Assembly: GCA_040767085.1 (NCBI GenBank)
Contig: JAXGPF010000004.1
Location: forward strand, 32,001-96,000
DNA: 64,000 bases
Origin: Kiritimatiellia bacterium
Lineage (GTDB): Bacteria > Verrucomicrobiota > Kiritimatiellia > JAAZAB01
Direction: 5' to 3'
The notes under the pieces are model-generated. The model made no database searches and was not told the DNA's origin. It saw only the letters and a program-made list of their open reading frames with translations. Position numbers and translations under genes: made by a program. This document shows, one piece after another, positions 11,729-20,402 of the stretch (positions within the stretch are counted from its first letter, which is position 1; every line of letters begins with the position of its first letter).

Positions 11729-13039
11729 CTAATTTTTTTCAGCGCCAGCCGGCACGGGCCGCGGCGGCGCCAGGAAGCGCCAGGCCGCCACCAGGCATAC
11801 CAGGAACGTCAGAATCTGCAGGGCCAGACTCCACCAGTTGGGCGCATAACGCAAAACCACTTCGTGCAGGCCCGGCCCAACCAGCACGCCCTGGAAGAGA
11901 TAATCCACCCGGCGCACCGGCGCCGGCGCGTCATCCACCCAGGCGCGCCAGGCCGGATCGTATTTTTCCGAGACACGCAAGATGCAGGCAGCCGGCGCGG
12001 AAACGCTCAGGCGCATGTACCCGGGCCGATAGGCCACGCGCTGCACCAGCCCCGTCATACCGGCGCCGGCAGGCGCCGGCAGGCCGGCGGCATGTTCCGG
12101 CGCCACCAGGGCTTCCTGGAACAACGGGTGGCTGTCGGCAGCCAGCAGGGCAAGCGCCTCCGCATCCGGCACAGCGCGCCAGCCGGTGATCAGCGTGTAC
12201 CGCGGCGCCGGCGCTTGCAAGCGCAGGACGGCATGCTGGCCGGGCTGCTCCTGCGTGGCTGGCGCCACCGCCACGCCCATGCCTTCGGAACCGGGCGCCA
12301 CATTATAAGCATACACCAGGTCGAACGCTTCGCGCATGGCCGGATTGTTGCGGATTTCCACCCAAAAAGGCGCCGGCCCGAGCACATATCCCACTGCCAT
12401 CAGCTGCCAGAAACGCACGGGGTTCCTTCCCACGGCTTCCAGGAAATTTTTATAATCGTTCGGCATGCGCGGCATCTGCGCCACATTGACCGCCCGGATA
12501 TTATGGTGCGGGAACAGATACGTCAGCCAGAAATTGTAAAACCCATCCTGCGCCGCCAGGGCAACGCGCCGGTCGGGCTGATCGGCCCGCAGCAGGCGCA
12601 CCACGTCGTTTTCCGCCAGGGCCGACAGCGGCATGGTCTTGATGTAATGGCGTGAAAGCCACAATGCATCGGCAGCCACCAGTAAAACCAGGACCCAGGC
12701 CGCGGCGCGCAACCGCCGGCCGGCGCCGGCGCGCCCCCAGACCGACAGGGCCATAAAGCCCGCCGCGGCGGCGGTCATCCCGGCGGCATGCCACAAGGCG
12801 ACGACTTTATTGCGCACAATCACCGCCGCCAGCCCCCCGGGCCATTGCAGCGCCAGCCGGTTGGTTTCGACGGCGCTTTCAGCCGAGGCGAACATGGCCC
12901 ATAACGCCAGCACACCGGCCGCCCCGGCCAGTGTCCAGATAAAGTAACGCACCCAGGCGGGAACGGCGGTTGGGATGGGCGGTGGATTGGCGGGCAAGGC
13001 GGCGTCCAGCCGCGGGGATTTATTCAGTTTTTTACGCAT
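11729..13039 (-). CDS. Membrane protein resembling the C-terminal half of YfhO-family proteins
   Basis: N-terminal TM helices, then ILRVSEKYDPAWRAWVDD..VRRVDYLFQGVLVGPGLHEVVLRYAP and a final TM helix. Confidence 0.65.
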   Translation of the reverse strand: MRKKLNKSPRLDAALPANPPPIPTAVPAWVRYFIWTLAGAAGVLALWAMFASAESAVETNRLALQWPGGLAAVIVRNKVVALWHAAGMTAAAAGFMALSVWGRAGAGRRLRAAAWVLVLLVAADALWLSRHYIKTMPLSALAENDVVRLLRADQPDRRVALAAQDGFYNFWLTYLFPHHNIRAVNVAQMPRMPNDYKNFLEAVGRNPVRFWQLMAVGYVLGPAPFWVEIRNNPAMREAFDLVYAYNVAPGSEGMGVAVAPATQEQPGQHAVLRLQAPAPRYTLITGWRAVPDAEALALLAADSHPLFQEALVAPEHAAGLPAPAGAGMTGLVQRVAYRPGYMRLSVSAPAACILRVSEKYDPAWRAWVDDAPAPVRRVDYLFQGVLVGPGLHEVVLRYAPNWWSLALQILTFLVCLVAAWRFLAPPRPVPAGAEKN

Positions 13040-13277
13040 ATACGCTCATTTCTTTAAAACCTTTCGTTCCTGCCACGCAAGGCGGCAGGGGACGATTTTT
13101 GAAATTGGCTCGTAGTCAAGGGAAACCTCTGCCCCTTTGCCCCTTTGATCCTTTACCCCTTCTGATTTAACCACGAAGAGCACGAAGGAGGAGCGGAAAT
13201 TAATGTGTGTGGTTAGATGGGTGTGTGTATGCCTGCCCCTTTGATCCTTTGCCCCTCAGTGTTCCATGTTCTGACAT

Positions 13278-13325
13278 AACACCTTAACACCTTAAAACCT
13301 TAACACCTTAACACCTTAAAACATC
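13278..13325. repeat. Octamer tandem array (AACACCTT/AAAACCTT x5 plus a partial copy)
   Basis: aacacctt aacacctt aaaacctt aacacctt aacacctt aaaacatc; same unit as the arms at 51939-52683. Confidence 0.9.
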
Positions 13326-13347
13326 CAAAACGTTAGTTTTGGAAACA

Positions 13348-15690
13348 TCATTCCACCGCCACGGCATCCGCGCCGACCTGAAACACCCGGCGATAGACCA
13401 CAAACCCGGCCTTGGAGGGCCAGGGCGCCGACGGACGCAAGGCGATCGCCTGGGACTGGATATCCACGAAGGCATTCGGCTCCATCCAGACGTAAGGTTC
13501 CTCCGGCGGCCCCTTGCACCCGGTGCCGCCGACTTTCGCCCACTGCCGGTCGTCATAATCCGGCGTCCACCAGGCGCCGGCCGGGTTGACCGCATGCCGC
13601 CAATCCGGCGTGGTGTAAACCGCACCCGGATGCATTTTCAAATACAATTGCATCCAATCCGGGTAATTCTGAAACCGGCACTGCACCGCCAGCACATGCC
13701 GGCCGGGTGGAAGCTCCAGGGCCTTGACCGCCAGTTTTTCCGCCGGCAACGCTTCCAGCACCACCGCCCCATCCAGGAAAACGCGCGCGGCCATGTTGGC
13801 ATTGAACCCCAGCAGCGCGCCGGCAGGTTGGTCGAAATAATCCAGCAGCATGCGCGCCTGGTGGTGGGCCGGCGAATCTTCCGGTTCCGCCAGCAAGCCG
13901 GCCAGCGCCGGTTTGGCCGCCGCGGCGCCTTCCAGCCGCTCCAGGTAAGCCGCCTGGCGCGCTCTGAGCACGGCGGTGAAAGGGAATCCCTCGTTGCGCG
14001 CCAGAAAACCGTCAATATACTCGCAGGCCGCGGCGTAATCGCCGAACCGCTCGAAGTTCAGCAATTTCGTCATGACGGTGACCTTGTCCATGACATCGTC
14101 CGGCGGCTGGCGTTCCGGCGGCGGCGGCAGCGTTTTGCCTGCCGGCTGGGGTCGGTCGAGGTAATACCATGCCAGGCTTTCAAAAACGCCGTGGCTGGCA
14201 TGATCCGGGCCGCGTTCGAAAATCATGCGGAACGATTTTTGGAAATTGACCGCATCCGGCAAATGCACCCGGTACTGCACCGTGCGGAAAAAGGTCTTGT
14301 AAAGCAACCCGTGCAGCGGCCGGACCAGGACATTCTGGTAATACCAGCCGCCGGTGAAATAATCCTCCAGGCCCGTGCCGCGCCAGAACGGTTGCAACTC
14401 GCCGTCGCGCCACATGAACTCATCGCCTTCCAGCAGCCAGAAACTGTTGTCGAAGGACACCGCCCCCACCAGGCAGCCGCCGAACCGGCCGCGGCCCTGC
14501 GTTTCCAGCACGACATGCGGGCGCCCGACGTCATCCTGGCCGGACTTGTTCCAAATGGCGTGAAAATATCCCCGGGCGGGGTCCGGCGCGGCCATCGTTT
14601 CGACAAACCACTGCACCCGGGCCGCCAACGGGAATGCCGATTGATTATCGAGTTCCAGTTCCGCGCTGGCGGCAAACGGCATGGGAAAGCGGCAGGACCA
14701 TGTGTTATTGGTCATTCCGAAAAACAGGCTCTGATAACGCGCGCGCTGCCAGACGCTGCCGCCGAAATCGCCCAGCGGCGCCAGGACGCTGGGCTCAGGC
14801 AACCCATCCCAGTAAATGCGCAGCGCCACATCGCGCAGCAGCCGCTCGCGGGCGGCCGCATCAGGCAGGGCCGCAAAATCCGGCGTAATCCGTAATTCCC
14901 GCAAAACCGCCGGACCGGCAACCGCCGGCAGGCGGCAGGCCTTACCCGGCTCCGCCTGCGCCTTCGCGGAAGTCTCCGTCAAAGGCCGGCCGGCCGCCGC
15001 CGCGACACCTTCCGGCTGGCGCCACTGCGCCGCAACTTTTTCCAGCGCCGCCAGGGCCGGCGGCGCCAGCGGCAGGCTGAAAGAAGCAACCGTCCGATCC
15101 GGCGGCAGAGGCGCGGCATTGATTTGATAAAACAGGCGCGGCCAGCCGCCTTCCTTCGTGGCGCCCGCCTCCGCCATGATTACCAGGCGTTTGCGGTACG
15201 TCAGCGGCACATAATTGTAATAGCAACAATTTTCATAGGCCGCCAGCGGCGGGCGGAAAGGGTCCATGCCGCCGCAGAATTCGCCGACCGCGGCATCGAT
15301 CCGCGGCGTTTTTTCATTATCGAAAAACAACCGGATGCGATGCGGCGGCTCGCCGCCGGTGAACCAGAACCGGGAAACATAGCCCGGCCCCTTCAAGTCC
15401 GCCAGGACCCACCAGCCGGGCGGGCCCGGCCGGAGGTAGTTGTTAAAATCGTTGTTCCCGCCGGCCGGGTCGGTGGAAGCGGTAAACTGCGTGTCGGGGA
15501 CATCCAGGCGGCTGATGAAATCATGGTCCGCCAGCCGGGAAATTAAATCGGACAGTTCCACCGGCTGCCGGGGCCGGCAGCCGCAACCGGACCAGGCCAG
15601 CCCGCATGCCAGCGCCGCAAGCGCCAAAAACCTGCACCCCCGCATGGCATGGCAGCACGGCGGCAGGATTAATTTAGACGAATTTTGCAT
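13348..15690 (-). CDS. DUF2961 / GH172-like glycoside hydrolase, probable lipoprotein (start may be 15645)
   Basis: LADLKGPGYVSRFWFT, LRIYWDG..PSVLAPLGDF, WLLEGDE, GTGLEDYFTGGWY; lipobox-like LAWSGC. Confidence 0.8.
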   Translation of the reverse strand: MQNSSKLILPPCCHAMRGCRFLALAALACGLAWSGCGCRPRQPVELSDLISRLADHDFISRLDVPDTQFTASTDPAGGNNDFNNYLRPGPPGWWVLADLKGPGYVSRFWFTGGEPPHRIRLFFDNEKTPRIDAAVGEFCGGMDPFRPPLAAYENCCYYNYVPLTYRKRLVIMAEAGATKEGGWPRLFYQINAAPLPPDRTVASFSLPLAPPALAALEKVAAQWRQPEGVAAAAGRPLTETSAKAQAEPGKACRLPAVAGPAVLRELRITPDFAALPDAAARERLLRDVALRIYWDGLPEPSVLAPLGDFGGSVWQRARYQSLFFGMTNNTWSCRFPMPFAASAELELDNQSAFPLAARVQWFVETMAAPDPARGYFHAIWNKSGQDDVGRPHVVLETQGRGRFGGCLVGAVSFDNSFWLLEGDEFMWRDGELQPFWRGTGLEDYFTGGWYYQNVLVRPLHGLLYKTFFRTVQYRVHLPDAVNFQKSFRMIFERGPDHASHGVFESLAWYYLDRPQPAGKTLPPPPERQPPDDVMDKVTVMTKLLNFERFGDYAAACEYIDGFLARNEGFPFTAVLRARQAAYLERLEGAAAAKPALAGLLAEPEDSPAHHQARMLLDYFDQPAGALLGFNANMAARVFLDGAVVLEALPAEKLAVKALELPPGRHVLAVQCRFQNYPDWMQLYLKMHPGAVYTTPDWRHAVNPAGAWWTPDYDDRQWAKVGGTGCKGPPEEPYVWMEPNAFVDIQSQAIALRPSAPWPSKAGFVVYRRVFQVGADAVAVE

Positions 15691-15835
15691 GGCGCGTTTA
15701 ACTTGATCGTTGTGGGCCACCTGTAATGAATTAAAGGATAGCGTAATGCCCCACCCCGGTCAATCTTCAGTTTCTGCATTGCCCCTCTGCCCCTCTTGGC
15801 CTTCGCCTCTTTAAGTCTCTGCCCCTGATCCTGCT

Positions 15836-17872
15836 TCAGCCACTCGGTGCCTGCGTCAATTCCGCGGCCATGGCGTCGCTGATCCCGCCGTGCCGGGCGA
15901 TGCGCAGGATGGCATCGCGCGCCGACGCCCGCGCCACCCCGGCGAGCATGTTCTTTTGCAACACCTGCACCAGTTCGGGATGGCGGTATGACAGGGCCTG
16001 TAGTTGACGTGTCGCCGCCGACCGGCGGTCGTCGTAAAAACGCCGGGCGGACTCGACATCCTTTTCCGCCAGCCGGTGCAATTCCGCCAGATGCGGCAAC
16101 TCTGCGATCACCTGCGCGCAAGCCACCGCCAGGCCGCAATGATATTGATACTCTTCGGACAGCAAACGCAGCAGCACATCCTTGCCGGAGGCCCGCAAGG
16201 CCTGTTCCGGCATCCGCATCATCGTGCGGTACATCCAGCGCTTCTCCAGGGGATGCGTCGGCGGCAGCACATCCGGCGGCCGGCCCAGATTGAGATCCTC
16301 GCTGCGGCGTTCGGCCTCGCGATCCAACCGCCGCAAAACGTTGCCGCCGACTACGCCCTCCTCCATCAGGGAGCGCAAGGCCTGTAGTTCAATATTATTG
16401 AGCTGCAGCCAGAACATCCGCAATTTGCCGGTATCCGGCTCCAACGCATGGGCCGCGCGCAATTTCTGGATTTCACCTTCCGTGGCTGCCAGGGCGCTGT
16501 GCAATTTCTGTTCCAAGGCCTGGCGAACCTGCGCATTGGCGTCGGGCCAATCCCGCGCCAAGCCCTGCAAACTCGCGCGCTGCGCCGCCAGCTGGGCATT
16601 CAAACGGATCAATTCCTCGGCCGGCGACCGCCGATTCAACTTTAACCAGCGGATCAGGGGGCCGATGGTGGTGCCCTGCGCCAGCAGGGTAAACAACACT
16701 ACGCCCAGGGTCAGCCCGATGATAATCTGCCGGTCCGGGAAGTCTTGCTCGAGGCTGACGGCCAATCCGATCGGCAGGGCGCCGCGCAATCCGCCCCAGA
16801 AGATCACCGCCTGGTTGCGCCAGTCCACCGGCACCACCCGCGGCAGGCGGTTGATCATGGGCGCCATGCCAAACACGACCGCCAGCCGCGCCACGGTGAT
16901 GGCCAGCACCGCCACTAGAATATAAGGCAGGAAATTCATTTCCCGGAAGAGCACCTGCAATAGCCGCCATTCCGTCAGCCCCAGCAACAGAAACACGAAA
17001 CTATTGGCGGCAAAGGCGGCATAGCCCCAGAAATGCCGCATGTACTCGCGCACTTCCGGGGTGAACCGGGTGGAGCCATGCCAACTGACCACCAGCCCCG
17101 CGCCCACCGTGGCCATGACGCCCGAAACGTTCAGGTAATAATTGGCCAGCAGGAATGACGCATAGGCCACCACCGTGCTGAAGGCGATCGTCACCAGGGG
17201 ATCGTTGTCCATCAGATTGATCATGCGCACCATCAGCCAGCCAACCACCGCGCCCACCAGCGTGCCGCCGGCAAACACGGCAACAAACTTCACGCCGGCC
17301 ATGGCCGTCACGCCGACCGTCAGGGCGCCGCCGGCCACCAGGCCGCAGATGATCTGGAAGGCCACCATGGCGGTGGCGTCATTGAACAGGCTTTCGCCAT
17401 CCACCAGCATGGTGAGGCGTCGCGGCGCGCCCAGTTCGCGGAAGAGGGCGATCACCGAAACCGGGTCGGTGGCGGAAATCAGCGCGCCGAAGGCCAGCGC
17501 CGGCCACAGCGTCATGGGCGTCAGCCACACCATCAATCCGCCCGTGATCAGCATGGCCACCAGCAGGCCGGGCGCCGCCAGCATCAGGGTTGGCGACAGG
17601 TTGTGGATCAGCAGGCGGATATCGATGTTGACGGCGGCGTCAAAAATCAGCGCCGGCAGCAGCACGTAGAGAATAAGATTCGGCGTGATGTTGAACCCGG
17701 TCAGCGGCGCCAGCATCTTGAAATAGCCCGCCAGGCCGCCCACAAGGATGCCGATCACCACCAGTCCGATGGTATAAGGAAATTTCAGGCGTCTGAGAAA
17801 AATTGCCGACAAGGCCGCCAAACCCAGAAAGGCCACCAGGCACGCCACTTCCACCACGGAAACATCCGCCAT
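15836..17872 (-). CDS. CPA1 (NhaP-type) Na+/H+ antiporter with cytoplasmic C-terminal domain
   Basis: FGALISATDPVSV, VDGESLFNDATA, WGGLRGAL; SD AAAGGAGA before ATG 17872. Confidence 0.9.
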   Translation of the reverse strand: MADVSVVEVACLVAFLGLAALSAIFLRRLKFPYTIGLVVIGILVGGLAGYFKMLAPLTGFNITPNLILYVLLPALIFDAAVNIDIRLLIHNLSPTLMLAAPGLLVAMLITGGLMVWLTPMTLWPALAFGALISATDPVSVIALFRELGAPRRLTMLVDGESLFNDATAMVAFQIICGLVAGGALTVGVTAMAGVKFVAVFAGGTLVGAVVGWLMVRMINLMDNDPLVTIAFSTVVAYASFLLANYYLNVSGVMATVGAGLVVSWHGSTRFTPEVREYMRHFWGYAAFAANSFVFLLLGLTEWRLLQVLFREMNFLPYILVAVLAITVARLAVVFGMAPMINRLPRVVPVDWRNQAVIFWGGLRGALPIGLAVSLEQDFPDRQIIIGLTLGVVLFTLLAQGTTIGPLIRWLKLNRRSPAEELIRLNAQLAAQRASLQGLARDWPDANAQVRQALEQKLHSALAATEGEIQKLRAAHALEPDTGKLRMFWLQLNNIELQALRSLMEEGVVGGNVLRRLDREAERRSEDLNLGRPPDVLPPTHPLEKRWMYRTMMRMPEQALRASGKDVLLRLLSEEYQYHCGLAVACAQVIAELPHLAELHRLAEKDVESARRFYDDRRSAATRQLQALSYRHPELVQVLQKNMLAGVARASARDAILRIARHGGISDAMAAELTQAPSG

Positions 17873-17998
17873 AATTGTCTCCTTTCGCTTGCCGAGCAAT
17901 CGTCAGGGGTAAAATACCATAATGACGGCGGCCGACAATGCAAATCTTCTGATTGACATGCCGCTGGATCGGATTAAATTATCCGGGATTCCGATATC

Positions 17999-18074
17999 GG
18001 GCGATTAGCTCAGTTGGCAGAGCGCCACCTTTACACGGTGGATGCCACAGGTTCAAGTCCTGTATCGCCCACCA
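17999..18074 (+). tRNA. tRNA-Val(TAC)
   Basis: GGGCGAT acceptor stem, anticodon arm CCACC-TTTACAC-GGTGG, GGTTCAAGTCC T-arm, encoded CCA; TTGACA at 17953. Confidence 0.97.
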
Positions 18075-18434
18075 TGCAGAACCTTGCGTGGTTCCCACGA
18101 CAAGCGTCACGGCAAGGGGCGCATCAATTGTTGCAGCGCCACGGTGTGCCCGGCGCAACCCGACGAAGCGCGATGTGGCGCAATCCAGCCCGAATGCCCG
18201 GCCATGCTGAAGCTGAAGCGGGCACGCCCTTCGCCCACTGCCGTTAAGGCGGCCAGGGTCGGGCTGGAGCCCGCAAAGCCCACCGGAGTAATTCCGAATA
18301 ATTCTGAAATTGAATTGACATGGACGCCAACTTTCGCTATTGATCGCAGACGTTTTGCCCGGCCCGCGGAGGCGCCGCCCCAGGCGGGCGGGCCGGCCGC
18401 CGGAAAGCCGGGCAATTTTGGACGCGGTGCGTTT

Positions 18435-20402
18435 ATGTTACGGACCAAATTATTCAAAGCCTTTGCGGCGCTGGTGATTCTATTCGGCGCGGTTTCGGCC
18501 ATATTTTCCATCAAGATGGTGCGTTCGCGCGTGGTGGAGGAAGCCCAGAACCAGGTGCGCCTGAACCTGAACGGCGCCTGGGCGGTTTACCACAGCCAAC
18601 AGCAGAAAATTTCCACGGTGCTGCAACTGCTGGCATCCAAAAACGACCTGCTGGAAGCCGCCCGCACCCGCGCCTGGGACAATCCCGAACTGCTCAGCCG
18701 GCTGGAAGCGCTGCGGATCAAGTTCGACCTGGATTACCTGAGCATTACCGATGCCGACGGCCGGGTGACCCAGCGCGCCGCCCCCCCCTACCGCGCCGGC
18801 GATTACCGCCGGGCTAATCCCGCCATTGCGCGCGCCTGCCAGGGCGAAACGGTATCCGGCGCCAGTATTCTTACCGAAGACGAACTGCGCCAGGAAGCCG
18901 ACGGCCTGGCGGAACGCGCCTGCCTGCAGCTCGAGCCGGCGCCGCAAAGCCGGCCGCTCTCCAGGACCGTGGAAAACCGCGGCCTGGTCCTGCAGTCCGC
19001 CGTGCCGATCATGCATGCTTCCCGCGTGATCGGCGTGATTTACGGCGGCATCCTGCTCAATCGCAACGAAGCGCTGGTCGACCAGATTCGGGAAGTGGTG
19101 TACAAGAATGAGACCTACCAGAACCGGCCGCTCGGCTCGGCAACGGTTTTCCTGGACGATATCCGCATCTGCACGACCCTCCGCCTGCCCAACGGCAACC
19201 GCGCCCTGGGCACCCGCGCCGAGCGCGAGGTTGCCGCGCGCGTGCTGGACAACGGCCAACCCTGGATCGGCCGGGCCTGCGTCATCAATGACTGTTTCCT
19301 CACCGCTTACGACCCGATCCAGGACGAACGCGGCCGCACGATCGGCATGCTGTATGTCGGCATGCTGGAAAAACCATTCCGCGACCTGCAGCGCGGCATC
19401 ATCTGGCGCTACGCCCTGTTGTTCATGGTTTTCATCTCCATCGCCCTGGTGACCGCCTTCACCACAGCCAACCGGCTGGCGCGTCCGATTCACCGCCTGG
19501 TCAACGCCGCCAAATCGGTCATGGGCGGGACCTACCCGGCGCCCGTTGCCGGCGGCCAGGCCTGCCGCGAAACCGGCGCGCTGGTCCATGCCTTTAATCA
19601 AATGACCGCCGCCCTCCGCGAACGCGAAAGCAAACTGCAGGACGCCAACGAGTCGCTGCAGGCCATCAACCGCAACTATATGGAAATGCTGGGATTCGTC
19701 GCGCACGAATTGAAGAGCCCCGTCGGCACCATCCTGAACTACGTTTACCTGCTGAACGAGGGCAAACTGGGCGGATTGACCGAGAAGCAAAGCCGGGCGG
19801 TCAAGAACATTGACGGCAACATCAAGCTGGTGCTGGAAATGATCCGCCATTACCTGAACCTCTCCCGCATCGAGAATAACGAATTGCAGCCCAATTGCGA
19901 GCGGGTGGACGCCGGCGAGGATGTCCTGAAACCGCTGCTGGAGGCCTATGATCCCGAAATCAAGGCGCACCAGATAACGCTTGACAATCGCGTGCCGCCA
20001 CATACGATGGTTCTTTCGGATTTGAACATGACCAGGGAAGTGTTCGAGAACCTGATCAGCAATGCCATCAAATACGGACGCGCCGGCGGCGCGCTCGTCA
20101 TTGACGCCCGGCCCAAACCGGATGCTATGATGGAATTCTGTGTCCGGAACGACGGGGAAGGCATCCCCGCCGACAAACTGGGCCTGCTGTTCCGCAAGTT
20201 CTCGCGGCTGGAAACCAGCCGCGGCATCCGGCATCAGAAGGGTACCGGCCTGGGTCTGTTTATTACGCGCAACATAGTGGAAGCGCACGGCGGCAGCATT
20301 ACGGTGGAATCCGTTCCGGACCAGTGGACGGCTTTCCGCTTCACCCTGCCGGCGGCGCCGGCGATTGCAGCAAACGACAAGGAGCAAACTCATCATGCCT
20401 AA
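18435..20402 (+). CDS. Membrane sensor histidine kinase (Cache-type periplasmic domain, HAMP, HisKA, HATPase)
   Basis: Two TM helices, H-box FVAHELKSP, N-box NLISNAIKY, DGEGI, KGTGLGL; start taken at MLRTKLF. Confidence 0.9.
   Translation: MLRTKLFKAFAALVILFGAVSAIFSIKMVRSRVVEEAQNQVRLNLNGAWAVYHSQQQKISTVLQLLASKNDLLEAARTRAWDNPELLSRLEALRIKFDLDYLSITDADGRVTQRAAPPYRAGDYRRANPAIARACQGETVSGASILTEDELRQEADGLAERACLQLEPAPQSRPLSRTVENRGLVLQSAVPIMHASRVIGVIYGGILLNRNEALVDQIREVVYKNETYQNRPLGSATVFLDDIRICTTLRLPNGNRALGTRAEREVAARVLDNGQPWIGRACVINDCFLTAYDPIQDERGRTIGMLYVGMLEKPFRDLQRGIIWRYALLFMVFISIALVTAFTTANRLARPIHRLVNAAKSVMGGTYPAPVAGGQACRETGALVHAFNQMTAALRERESKLQDANESLQAINRNYMEMLGFVAHELKSPVGTILNYVYLLNEGKLGGLTEKQSRAVKNIDGNIKLVLEMIRHYLNLSRIENNELQPNCERVDAGEDVLKPLLEAYDPEIKAHQITLDNRVPPHTMVLSDLNMTREVFENLISNAIKYGRAGGALVIDARPKPDAMMEFCVRNDGEGIPADKLGLLFRKFSRLETSRGIRHQKGTGLGLFITRNIVEAHGGSITVESVPDQWTAFRFTLPAAPAIAANDKEQTHHA

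Noticed and set aside
17999-18074. tRNA genes as integration sites of an island
   Set aside because: No integrase and no duplicated tRNA 3' end noticed for Val, His or Tyr in the window
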